A stretch of DNA of 64,000 nt from Gemmatimonadaceae bacterium (GTDB lineage Bacteria > Gemmatimonadota > Gemmatimonadetes > Gemmatimonadales > Gemmatimonadaceae). Positions 8,660-17,786 of this stretch are shown here, one piece after another; position 1 is the stretch's first letter, and each line of letters begins with the position of its first letter. The position numbers were made by a program, and so were the translations under genes. The stretch lies in NCBI GenBank assembly GCA_051859245.1, contig JBHYGA010000001.1, forward strand, positions 64,001-128,000, read 5' to 3'. The notes under the pieces are model-generated. The model was given only the letters and a program-made list of their open reading frames with translations. It made no database searches and was not told the origin of the DNA.

Positions 8660-10678
8660 GTGCACGATTCCGCCGCCTCGAGCGACGCCGAACTCAGAGA
8701 ACACGTCCAACGCACCCTCGCCGCGACCTACGATGTCGAGCGGGAAATCGGTCGCGGAGGGATGGGCGTTGTCTACCGTGCCATCGACAAGCGACTCAAG
8801 CGACCGGTCGCGATCAAGCTGTTGCCGCCGGAGCTCGCGTTTCGTCGCGATGTGCGTCAGCGCTTTCAGCGTGAGGCCGAAACCGCGGCGCAGCTGAGTC
8901 ATCCGAACATTGTGCCGATCTATTCTGTTGATGAGATAGGTAACCTTGTGTTTTTCGTGATGGCGTGTGTTGATGGCGACAATCTCGCCACACAGTTGCG
9001 CAAGCGCGGGCCGTTGCCGCCCACGGAGATTCAGCGCTATCTCATGGAAGTCGCGGACGCGCTCACGTACGCGCACGCGCGCGGCGTAATCCATCGTGAT
9101 ATCAAGCCCGACAATATTCTGATCGACGCACTCGACGGACGCGCGCTGGTGACCGATTTCGGTATCGCGCGCGCGGCCGAGGGCGGTGAAGGCGGTGACG
9201 GCTCACGGCTCACGGCCACAGGTCTGGCCATTGGTACGCCCGCGTACATGTCGCCGGAACAAGCGTCGGGCGATCGCGACATTGACGGACGCACTGATTT
9301 GTACGCCTTGGGCGTTGTGGCGTACCAGATGCTCACCGGGGAGCCGCCGTTCACCGGCAACACCACGCCGGTGTTGCTCGTCAAGCATCTCACGGAAACA
9401 CCCGTGCCCGTGGAAGAGCGGCGTCCGGATACGCCGCCGATTCTCGCGGCCATGGTGATGCGACTGCTCGAGAAGGATCCGAGTCACCGGTTCCAGAGTG
9501 CAGGCGAGTTTGCGCAAGCGCTGCGCTCGGGTATCGTGCCGTCGGCGACGTTCTCCACGATGCCGTCGCGTTCATCACGACCGCTTCAGAGCAGCGCGAA
9601 CGTCGGCAGCGGCGTACCGGCCACGGCGCCGCTCGCGTCGCGGCAGCCGTTCGCTGCACCAGTGTCGTTGCCACGCACCTCAAGCGGTGCCTACGCACCG
9701 CTTGACGGCGATCAGTACGTGCCAACGGCCGAAGAACTGGTCCGCTGGGAAGCACCGGTGGTGCAGAAATTCCGCAGCAAGCTCGCGCCGTTTCTGTTCG
9801 TGAACGGTGTGATGATCGTGGTGTCAATCTTTGCGGGTTCGAACTTTTTGCCAATCACGGCGATCTGGTCGATCGTGCTGTCGTATCAGTACGCGAAGCT
9901 GTGGTCTGATGGCTTCGACTGGCGCGATGTGTTGCGTCAGCCGCGCGACCGCATGTTCGGCGATGTCATCTCCGATGTGGGCGATTCAGTTCAGTCCGCA
10001 TTCTCCGCCAAGAAGCGAGAAGAGTTGCGAGCGTTGGGTCGAACCGGCTCCGGTCTTTCCGGCGCGTTGTCCCCGCGCTCACCGGTTCGCGGTTTAGCCC
10101 CGGGTGCCGCGCCAACGACGCCCGCATCCTTCGGAGCGCAGAGTCCGGTCGTCGATGGTGCGCGCGGTGCACGCGACGAAATCGTACGCTTGCTCGCCAC
10201 GTTGCCCGCCGCCGATCGCAGCAAGATTCCCGACGTTGCGCAAACGGCGAATTCGCTGGTGCAAAAGGTGGAGCAGCTGGCCCACTCGATCGCGATGACC
10301 GAGGAGGCGATGAACGCAAAACCGCTTACCACCATCGACGCCGAGATCGAACGCCTCGAAGCGGCAGCAAATCCGCTGGAGGCAGGCTCCGACACGCGCG
10401 TGCGAAGACTGGCGCTGCTGCGCCGCGAACGCCGCGCCGCGCTCGACTATGATCGCAAGCGCGAAGACGCGCGGTCCCGTCTCGATTCGTGCACGCTGGC
10501 ACTCGAAAATATTCGTCTGGACCTGGTGCGTTTGCGCACGGGCGGCAGCACCGTGCAAAGTGTGACGCTCGTGGCGGAGCAGGCAATGGCCGTGGCGCGG
10601 GAAGTGGATCGCGTGGTGGAGGCGGCACAGGAAGTACGTGAACTCACGTCCGCGCGCGGTGCTGGTTCGTCCCGCTAG
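8660..10678 (+). CDS. Hanks-type Ser/Thr protein kinase with one membrane hairpin and a C-terminal helical domain
   Basis: GRGGMGVV, AIK, HRDIKPDN, DFG, GTPAYMSPEQ; hydrophobic pair FLFVNGVMIVVSIF / FLPITAIWSIVL; start uncertain (GTG 8660 chosen). Confidence 0.92.
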   Translation: MHDSAASSDAELREHVQRTLAATYDVEREIGRGGMGVVYRAIDKRLKRPVAIKLLPPELAFRRDVRQRFQREAETAAQLSHPNIVPIYSVDEIGNLVFFVMACVDGDNLATQLRKRGPLPPTEIQRYLMEVADALTYAHARGVIHRDIKPDNILIDALDGRALVTDFGIARAAEGGEGGDGSRLTATGLAIGTPAYMSPEQASGDRDIDGRTDLYALGVVAYQMLTGEPPFTGNTTPVLLVKHLTETPVPVEERRPDTPPILAAMVMRLLEKDPSHRFQSAGEFAQALRSGIVPSATFSTMPSRSSRPLQSSANVGSGVPATAPLASRQPFAAPVSLPRTSSGAYAPLDGDQYVPTAEELVRWEAPVVQKFRSKLAPFLFVNGVMIVVSIFAGSNFLPITAIWSIVLSYQYAKLWSDGFDWRDVLRQPRDRMFGDVISDVGDSVQSAFSAKKREELRALGRTGSGLSGALSPRSPVRGLAPGAAPTTPASFGAQSPVVDGARGARDEIVRLLATLPAADRSKIPDVAQTANSLVQKVEQLAHSIAMTEEAMNAKPLTTIDAEIERLEAAANPLEAGSDTRVRRLALLRRERRAALDYDRKREDARSRLDSCTLALENIRLDLVRLRTGGSTVQSVTLVAEQAMAVAREVDRVVEAAQEVRELTSARGAGSSR

Positions 10679-10681
10679 CAG

Positions 10682-12997
10682 ATGATGGTGACACCGATGA
10701 ACTCAACGGATCTCGCTGGCGCGCCTCGCCCCGATGACAGCGAGCTGTTGTTGGCGCGCGTTCGCGTCGCCGTGGCAGAACGCTACGACGGATTGCGTGA
10801 GATCGGGCGCGGTGGCATGGCGGTGGTGTATGCGGCGCGCGATCGCAAACTCAACCGCGATATCGCGCTCAAGGTCTTGCCACCGGATCTCGCGTTCCGC
10901 AGCGATGTGCGCGAGCGCTTTGTGCGCGAAGCGCAAACTGCGGCGCGCTTGAACCACCCCAGCATTGTGCCCATTTATGCGGTGGACGAAGCGGAAGGCC
11001 TCGTGTATTTCGCGATGGCGCTGGTGCAGGGCGAGAGTCTGGCAACACGCTTGTCGCGTGAACCGAGGCCGCCGCTGGCGTTTGTGCGCAATGTGCTCGC
11101 ACAGGTGGCGGATGCGCTGGCGTACGCGCACCGCTCCGGCGTGGTGCACCGCGATATCAAGCCCGACAACATTCTGCTTGAACACGCCACTGGCCGCGCG
11201 ATTGTCACCGACTTTGGCATCGCGCACGCTGTGCAGAGCGGCGCACGCCTGACGCAAACAGGCATCGCGGTCGGGACACCGGCGTTCATGAGCCCAGAAC
11301 AGGCCATGGGACAGCGAGATGTCGACGGCCGCAGCGATGTCTACGGGCTCGGCGTGGTGGGCTACGTCATGCTCACGGGTCGTTTGCCGTTTGACGCGGA
11401 AACAAGCGCAGGCATGCTCGTGCAGCACGTGCAGGGCACACCGTTTCCGATTGCGAACTTTCGTCCCGATCTGCCGTTCAGCATTACCGATGCGATCACG
11501 CGCGCGATATCGCGTGAGCCGTCCGCGCGTTGGTCCGATGCGGCGGCGTTTGCTGCGGCGTTGCGAGCCGGTGATGACGACGATCGTGCGGGTGAGCGTG
11601 AACGTGCGGAACGAGATCGCCAGCGCGCCGCGCGGGCCCTCGAGTTACGGGCGGCGACCGAGGGGCGGAACGTTGGCCTGGCGCGAGGTGCTGAGCCATA
11701 CCTGGCGCAGTATGATGCGGTCGCGTCTGGTGAACGCGAGCTGGCGCACGCGCGACAGCACGTTGATCGCTCCATGCAGCGCGTGAGCTCCTCACTTGGC
11801 GAGTCGATGGAGCGGATGAACGAATCACTCGCGTACGCCGGCGAACAGTTGCGTCGCTCGCGCGGTGCGGTGGCACCGGTTGATGAGCCGGCTGACGGTA
11901 AAGGCATTTCCCGCAATCGACGCATTGGCAAGTTCCGGTTGCACGCGGTTCAGGCGGCGATGCTGATGTTGATGCTGTTTGTGATCAACATGGTGACATC
12001 GGATGCATTTCCGTGGTTCATCTTTCCGAGTTTTGGCATTTCGCTTGGACTTATCGGCTCTCTGATCGGCCTTCGCGAACACGACATCCGTCTGCGTGAT
12101 GTGTTGCGCGGCCATATGCTCGATGAGCCGCAGCCCGTTGCGACATCCACAAAGGCACAGCGTGCGCGTGAAGTGCTGCGCGACTTCAAGCGGCGTGCGA
12201 AGTGGGTTGGTATCTCATTGCTCGGTTCCGCCGCCGGACTGGTTGGACTCGCGGCCTCAGGCGGTGCGGAACCGTTTCTGGTTCCGTTCCTCGGCGGTGG
12301 CGCACTCGCACTGTACAACGGAGTGCTGCTCACGCGCGATGCGTTGCGACTGCGCGACGTTGGTCTGACCACGCGCGACGCGATCGGCGAAAGCTGGCAG
12401 GACAAAATCGCCGCCATGGATGACCGTCCGCGCAGCGTGCGCATGGCGCAGGAGACGGCGCTGCTCGCTGATCCGGAAGTGCTGAGATCGCCGCACGGTC
12501 GTGTGTTGCGCGAAGCGGTGGATGACTGCACCACAATTCGCGAGACGTGGGCGAAGCTTGACGCGGCAGACCGTGAGCTCGTGCCCGATGTCGGCCCCAC
12601 GGCCGATGCGCTCCTTGAGCGCGTGTCCGCATTGGTGAGTAATCTGGCGCGGCTCGACGGAGCGGTGGACGCGCACTCGCTGCCGTCGCTCGAGGCGCGC
12701 ATTGCCGAGGCTGAATCGATTGAGTCGCCAACGGTGGAGGCGGAGCGTCGGCTGACACTGCTCAAGCGGCAGTATGCATCATTGCAGGAGCTGGTGGAGC
12801 GGCAGGACGCGCTGCAGCGACAGCTGGAAAGTGCATCGCTGGCACTGCGTTCACTCAGGCTCGATGTGGTAAAGTTGCGCGCGCTGGGTGTTGGGGCCGC
12901 GATTGGTGACGTGACCAGCGCAACGCAGGAAGCGCGCGCGATTTCCAAGGATATTGGAAGGGCGTTGGATGTCGCGGAGGAGATGCGGCGGCTGTAG
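10682..12997 (+). CDS. Hanks-type Ser/Thr protein kinase with two membrane hairpins and a C-terminal helical domain, paralog of the upstream kinase
   Basis: GRGGMAVV, ALK, HRDIKPDN, DFG, GTPAFMSPEQ; 2TM-like FVINMVTSDAFPWFIFP segment; starts 3 bp after the previous stop. Confidence 0.92.
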   Translation: MMVTPMNSTDLAGAPRPDDSELLLARVRVAVAERYDGLREIGRGGMAVVYAARDRKLNRDIALKVLPPDLAFRSDVRERFVREAQTAARLNHPSIVPIYAVDEAEGLVYFAMALVQGESLATRLSREPRPPLAFVRNVLAQVADALAYAHRSGVVHRDIKPDNILLEHATGRAIVTDFGIAHAVQSGARLTQTGIAVGTPAFMSPEQAMGQRDVDGRSDVYGLGVVGYVMLTGRLPFDAETSAGMLVQHVQGTPFPIANFRPDLPFSITDAITRAISREPSARWSDAAAFAAALRAGDDDDRAGERERAERDRQRAARALELRAATEGRNVGLARGAEPYLAQYDAVASGERELAHARQHVDRSMQRVSSSLGESMERMNESLAYAGEQLRRSRGAVAPVDEPADGKGISRNRRIGKFRLHAVQAAMLMLMLFVINMVTSDAFPWFIFPSFGISLGLIGSLIGLREHDIRLRDVLRGHMLDEPQPVATSTKAQRAREVLRDFKRRAKWVGISLLGSAAGLVGLAASGGAEPFLVPFLGGGALALYNGVLLTRDALRLRDVGLTTRDAIGESWQDKIAAMDDRPRSVRMAQETALLADPEVLRSPHGRVLREAVDDCTTIRETWAKLDAADRELVPDVGPTADALLERVSALVSNLARLDGAVDAHSLPSLEARIAEAESIESPTVEAERRLTLLKRQYASLQELVERQDALQRQLESASLALRSLRLDVVKLRALGVGAAIGDVTSATQEARAISKDIGRALDVAEEMRRL

Positions 12998-13020
12998 TCA
13001 CGTAGTCGCGGCGGCGAGAG

Positions 13021-13258
13021 GTTGCAGTTCCTGATTCGGTCATTCGGCCGCTCTTGGCGGAGCCCACGGCCATTCGGCCTTTCGGCCTCGCAGATTCGTA
13101 CGACGGCACAGAGCATCAATCCGTTCTTTGCATGGCCGCAAGACCGGTCACACTTCCTTTTGTACGTTCCGTGCAGCCTTTCGAAACGGTGAGGCCGAAA
13201 GGCCAAATGGCCTTGGGCTCCGTCAAAAGCGGCCGAATGACCGAATCAGAACTGCAAA
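13021..13258. repeat. ~240-bp long inverted-repeat element, copy B (same family and orientation as copy A)
   Basis: gttgcagttcctgattcggtcattcggcc ... ggccgaatgaccgaatcagaactgcaa; the same single-C bulge on the left arm; different centre. Confidence 0.9.
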
Positions 13259-13285
13259 AGCATTCGGCCTGAAATACGGACGGGC

Positions 13286-13600
13286 CTAGTCCAAGGTATC
13301 CAGAAACGCTTCCAGATCTCCCACGAGCGTTGGATGCCGGTGCCGATTCGCGGCGTCAATCCCCTTGGCAATCGCGCTACGCGCATCCGCGATCCGATCC
13401 ATATGTCGCAGTGATTCTGCGTAGCGCAGCCAGCCATTGCCTTCGTCGTCATGCATGTCGAGATACTGCGCGAAATGCTCCACCGCCTCGGCGTGCGCGC
13501 CCGTTTTTGCGAGCTCGGTGGCCAGGCCAAATCGCGCCATCGCGTGCGCCGGCTGACGTGCAACCATCACACGGAATGTTTCTAATCGATCATTGCTCAT
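13286..13600 (-). CDS. Small tetratricopeptide-repeat protein
   Basis: MSNDRLETF..., ARFGLATELAKTG...AVEHF, GWLRYAESLRHMDRIADARSAIAKGI TPR pattern; GGGAG Shine-Dalgarno before ATG 13600. Confidence 0.8.
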   Translation of the reverse strand: MSNDRLETFRVMVARQPAHAMARFGLATELAKTGAHAEAVEHFAQYLDMHDDEGNGWLRYAESLRHMDRIADARSAIAKGIDAANRHRHPTLVGDLEAFLDTLD

Positions 13601-13622
13601 TGCGGCTCCCGTGCGCTGCAGA

Positions 13623-14468
13623 TCATTGAACCAGTAACTCCGCCACGGCCATGGCCAGTCGATCAGGCGCTTCTTCTGGAATGGCGTGTGACATGCCGGC
13701 CAGTCGGTGCACCGTGAGTGATCCACCCACGCACTCTGGCAAGGCGCGGCGCAGCGACTCACCGCCGCGAGGCACAAACGGATCGTCCGCACCGAGCATC
13801 AAGCTAACCGGCATCTGCAAGCTAGCGGGGGCCATGGCGATCGGACCAGCAACGGACGCAATCGACTCGAGCTGTCGGCATGCAACCTCTCGTCCCTCTT
13901 CGCTGCGAAACACTTTCAGCGAGACGTCAGTGGCGTTCGCCGCGAGCAAACGATTGGTGTAACCGCGTACGAGTGCGCTATGCAGCGCCGACGCCAGCCA
14001 GTCCGGTGGCAACATGCGCCAGACGCGCGTGGCGCGCGCCAGTCGTCGCACGCTGCGTGGCGCCTCGACGCTTTCGCCGTTGGGCCGCAACAGGCATGGA
14101 TTGCACAGCAACAATCGCTCGACGCGTTCCGGCGCGGCTTGTGCGATCGCGACGGCAACCGCCGCCCCCAAGCCGTGTCCCACGACGCACGCGGGTTCAA
14201 CGCCGAGCGCCGAGAGCAACGCGACCACGCGCGACGCGTGCGCCAGGGTTCCGAAATCGGCATCGCGTGGGAGATCACTGCGGCCGTGGCCAAGCAGGTC
14301 GATGACCAGCACGCGGTGTCCCTTGGGCAGACGCGAAATCAGGTCGCGCCAAATGTGCGACGATGTGAATGCACCGTGCAGCAACACGATCGGCTCGCCT
14401 GCGCCGCGCGTGCCGGCCGCGAAGCAGTAGAGACGCGTATCATCAAGGTCGACAAACTCGCCGCGCAT
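13623..14468 (-). CDS. Alpha/beta fold hydrolase
   Basis: LLHGAF, IDLLGHGRSD, VGHGLG at the nucleophile elbow, GADD, SHAIPEEAP. Confidence 0.85.
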   Translation of the reverse strand: MRGEFVDLDDTRLYCFAAGTRGAGEPIVLLHGAFTSSHIWRDLISRLPKGHRVLVIDLLGHGRSDLPRDADFGTLAHASRVVALLSALGVEPACVVGHGLGAAVAVAIAQAAPERVERLLLCNPCLLRPNGESVEAPRSVRRLARATRVWRMLPPDWLASALHSALVRGYTNRLLAANATDVSLKVFRSEEGREVACRQLESIASVAGPIAMAPASLQMPVSLMLGADDPFVPRGGESLRRALPECVGGSLTVHRLAGMSHAIPEEAPDRLAMAVAELLVQ

Positions 14469-14640
14469 CAGCGGACGAGCTGTCTCGATGTGAGCAAATC
14501 AGCAGCGGCCCAGGTCATGTACGCGCAATCTCTCCGCGGAACAAACGGTATGACAAGGGAACAGCACCACACAGCAAACGAGGGATGGCCCGTGTGGACC
14601 ACCCCTCGCTCGCTCACCTTCGGTTTGTACGGCGACGCGT

Positions 14641-15069
14641 TTAGCGCACCGAGTACGAGAACGAGGGCGGACGACGACCTGCGCCAGGCGCCGGCATCGC
14701 TTCGACGTTCTTGTCAAACTGCGCCTGCTGGTCGGCCTTAAGCACGTTGCGAAGCGCGGCGCGCTGCTCCGTCTGCATGGCCTGCATCTGGGCCATCATG
14801 GCCTGACGGTCACCGCCGCCACCCATGGCCGCCTGACGCATTTCGGCCTGCTTGGCCGCCGTCGCGGTAAAGATCGAGTCGACCTTCTTGGTCTGCGCTT
14901 CATCGAGCGTGATGTCTTTGAACAGCAGACCCTTCTGACGCTCAATCATCTGCGCGCCGCCCATGCCACCGCGGCCACCACCACCGCCACCACCACCCTG
15001 CGCTTCCACCTGCGTGCTCGCCGCGACCAGCATGAAAGCCACAGTAACGAACTTATTGAGGGACATCAT
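14641..15069 (-). CDS. Secreted Gly/Met/Gln-rich helical protein (Spy/CpxP-like hypothetical)
   Basis: Signal peptide ending VEA-Q, poly-Gly, ITLDEAQTKKVDSI, VLKADQQAQFDKN pattern; GAGG Shine-Dalgarno. Confidence 0.65.
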   Translation of the reverse strand: MMSLNKFVTVAFMLVAASTQVEAQGGGGGGGGRGGMGGAQMIERQKGLLFKDITLDEAQTKKVDSIFTATAAKQAEMRQAAMGGGGDRQAMMAQMQAMQTEQRAALRNVLKADQQAQFDKNVEAMPAPGAGRRPPSFSYSVR

Positions 15070-15402
15070 GGAGACACTTTCCTCGAGGAAGGTAGGGGAG
15101 CAATCGAGCACACCCGCTCGTTGGGAGTACCGGTGTGAGCGGTCTATCTCGTGAGACGCCACGGCGCGCGCTGCGTTAATGTTAGAGAGCGAACGCAAAA
15201 GGTCAGGTTGGGAGCAGGCGCGTTCCGTGTATTGGAAAAAGGAAAGATCGCACACTTTGTGATCCCGACAGTATCCGAACTACTGGCGCACCGCTCCAAA
15301 TCCTGTATGATATCGGGACTTGGCCGCTCCGACGCCGAGCCTCCATCGCTCCCGCCCGTGACTCTGCCAGATACCTCGCCTCCGCTGCCGTTTCCGTCGT
15401 CG

Positions 15403-16518
15403 ATGCCATCAAGCGGCTCGACGTTGCCTCAGCCACCCGCCACCTTCCCGCTCCGCTGGCTGCTCGCCAATGGCTCGCCGGCGGTGCGCTACCGGTCCCT
15501 GGTGGAAGTGGCCGCGCTGCCGCTCTCCGCGGACACCCGAATCGGACGCGTGCCCTACGCCTCGCGCCAGGGCTGGGAGCTGCTGCTCCACCAGCACATT
15601 GACGGCACCTGGGGCCACGGCATGCTCACCGTCCCTGGCACCGGGCTCGGCACCAAACCGGCTGTGGGAGGCATTCCGGGCTATCGGAGGCTGTTGGAGC
15701 TGGGCTGGGATCCGGAGTCGGCCCCGCTGGCAACGTCGCGGCGCGCGCTCTTCCGGTTGCTCCCGGAAGACAACGATCCGGCGTACCTCTACGAATTCGC
15801 CAAAGACGCCGGCTCGGATCCGGACCTGATCGCCCGCGGACGGCAGATTCTGCGGGAGGCCGCCGCGGCGGCGCTCGCGCAGGCCGGTTATGAGGCGGAT
15901 CCACGTTTGCGCGGCGCCGCTCGACGCATCATTGACCGCATGGGCGCCTTCCTGCGCTCGCCGGCCGCGGAGAAACCCTTCATTCGTGTGGGCAATCAGC
16001 ATGTCTTGCCGCTGGAGGCCTCGCCGCCGTCGTTCCACACGCTCGTAATGCTGGCGTACATGCCGCATTTCAGGAGCGAGTACTACGACAACATGGAACG
16101 GCTGTACCACTGGTTGTCGCTGCAGTTGCCCCGGATGTCGCCCATCCAGCAGGTGGGCGAGACGCACATGATTGAGCAGCCGCATCTCGCACTCGGTGAT
16201 ATCCTGCCAACGCGGCATATCATGGACGCCGACATGCCCACCGCGCTGGCCTGGCTGGAAATCATGGCGCGCCTTGGGTACCTGCGCCGGAACGAGGGGT
16301 GGGGCCGGTTGTTTGATCGCCTGCTCGACGATCGAGATCGCCACGGCGTGTGGCATCCGCCCCGTTCGGTCACCATGCCGGCCAATGTGCCGGATTGGGT
16401 GTGGCCCACGATGCCGCTCACTGATCGCCAGGCGGAAGCGGACGATTACGCCGTGGATGTGACCTTCCGCCTTGGTCTGATCGCAAAGCTGGCTGGACGG
16501 CCGATCGAGCTGATTTGA
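15403..16518 (+). CDS. Hypothetical protein, possibly a divergent prenyltransferase/terpene-cyclase-like helical fold
   Basis: Long ORF with GC-rich codon usage; QW-like motifs HQHIDGTWG and DRDRHGVW; start uncertain (15151-15403). Confidence 0.6.
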   Translation: MPSSGSTLPQPPATFPLRWLLANGSPAVRYRSLVEVAALPLSADTRIGRVPYASRQGWELLLHQHIDGTWGHGMLTVPGTGLGTKPAVGGIPGYRRLLELGWDPESAPLATSRRALFRLLPEDNDPAYLYEFAKDAGSDPDLIARGRQILREAAAAALAQAGYEADPRLRGAARRIIDRMGAFLRSPAAEKPFIRVGNQHVLPLEASPPSFHTLVMLAYMPHFRSEYYDNMERLYHWLSLQLPRMSPIQQVGETHMIEQPHLALGDILPTRHIMDADMPTALAWLEIMARLGYLRRNEGWGRLFDRLLDDRDRHGVWHPPRSVTMPANVPDWVWPTMPLTDRQAEADDYAVDVTFRLGLIAKLAGRPIELI

Positions 16519-16557
16519 TGCGGCAGCCCCGGAAAGCGATTAGCTTTCCGGGATAAC

Positions 16558-17769
16558 ATGCCGAATACACAGAAGATACTGCCCCCGACCTTCGCTCAGC
16601 TCGGGCTCGCACAAGAGTTGCTGGACGCCCTGAAGGACGCCGGATACGAGCACCCGACCCCGATTCAAGCTGACGCGATTCCGATCGCGCTCACTGGTCG
16701 TGACATCATTGGCCTGGCGCAAACCGGCACCGGAAAAACGGCCAGCTTTACGCTGCCGATTCTGGATCGGCTCATGCATGGTCCGCGCCGCACACGCGCG
16801 CTGGTGCTCACGCCTACGCGTGAACTCTGTTTGCAAGTGGAAGAGAGTGTGCGCAAATACTCCAAACACGCGCCGCTCGATGTGATTCCGGTGTTTGGTG
16901 GTGTGAGTTACGAGCCGCAGGAAAAGGCGTTGCGATCTGGCGTTGACATCGTGGTTGCCACGCCTGGCCGACTGATTGATCAGATGGATCGTCGCAACGT
17001 GGATTTTTCCTATCTTGAAATTCTCGTACTCGATGAAGCGGACCGCATGCTCGACATGGGATTTGCACCGCAGATTCAGAAAGTGATCGAACAGATTCCG
17101 CGCTACCGTCAGACGATGCTCTTTTCGGCGACGATGCCGCCGGAAGTGGAAGCGCTGGGACGCAAGTATTTGCGTCGTCCGGTGGTGGTGCAGGTGGGAC
17201 GACGCTCGCAGGCCGCCAGCACCGTGACCCACGCGGTGTACCCGGTGCGCAAAGAGCGGAAAACCGAACTGCTGGTGGACCTGCTCACCAAGTCGCACCA
17301 TGACTCGGTGCTGGTGTTTACGCGCACCAAACACGGCGCCGACAAGATTGAGTCGGAGCTGCAGCGCCGCGGAATTCCTGCCGCCGCCATGCACGCCGAC
17401 AAGTCGCAGCCGCAGCGCATTCGCGCGCTTGAGGATTTTCGCTCGAACAAGATTCGCGTGCTGGTGGCCACCGATATTGCGCAGCGCGGACTCGACATTG
17501 ATGGCATCTCGCACGTGATCAACTACGACGTGCCGCAGGCGCCGGAAGATTATGTGCACCGCATTGGACGTACTGGTCGCGCGGCCACCACGGGTGACGC
17601 GTACACGTTCATGTCGCCCGATGAGATTGGCATGGTGCGCACGATCGAGCGCGAGATCAATCAGGAAATCCCGCGCATTTCGGTGCCCGGCTTTGACTTT
17701 GGCACCGTGGCGGCAACTGCCGTGTCCGCGCATGCGAAGGATGCGACGCTGACCGCGCCGATTGCCTGA
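16558..17769 (+). CDS. DEAD-box ATP-dependent RNA helicase (RhlE-like)
   Basis: PTPIQ, AQTGTGKT, PTREL, TPGR, DEAD, SAT, QRGLD, HRIGRTGR. Confidence 0.95.
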   Translation: MPNTQKILPPTFAQLGLAQELLDALKDAGYEHPTPIQADAIPIALTGRDIIGLAQTGTGKTASFTLPILDRLMHGPRRTRALVLTPTRELCLQVEESVRKYSKHAPLDVIPVFGGVSYEPQEKALRSGVDIVVATPGRLIDQMDRRNVDFSYLEILVLDEADRMLDMGFAPQIQKVIEQIPRYRQTMLFSATMPPEVEALGRKYLRRPVVVQVGRRSQAASTVTHAVYPVRKERKTELLVDLLTKSHHDSVLVFTRTKHGADKIESELQRRGIPAAAMHADKSQPQRIRALEDFRSNKIRVLVATDIAQRGLDIDGISHVINYDVPQAPEDYVHRIGRTGRAATTGDAYTFMSPDEIGMVRTIEREINQEIPRISVPGFDFGTVAATAVSAHAKDATLTAPIA

Positions 17770-17786
17770 GTCAGGCGGACGCGTGC

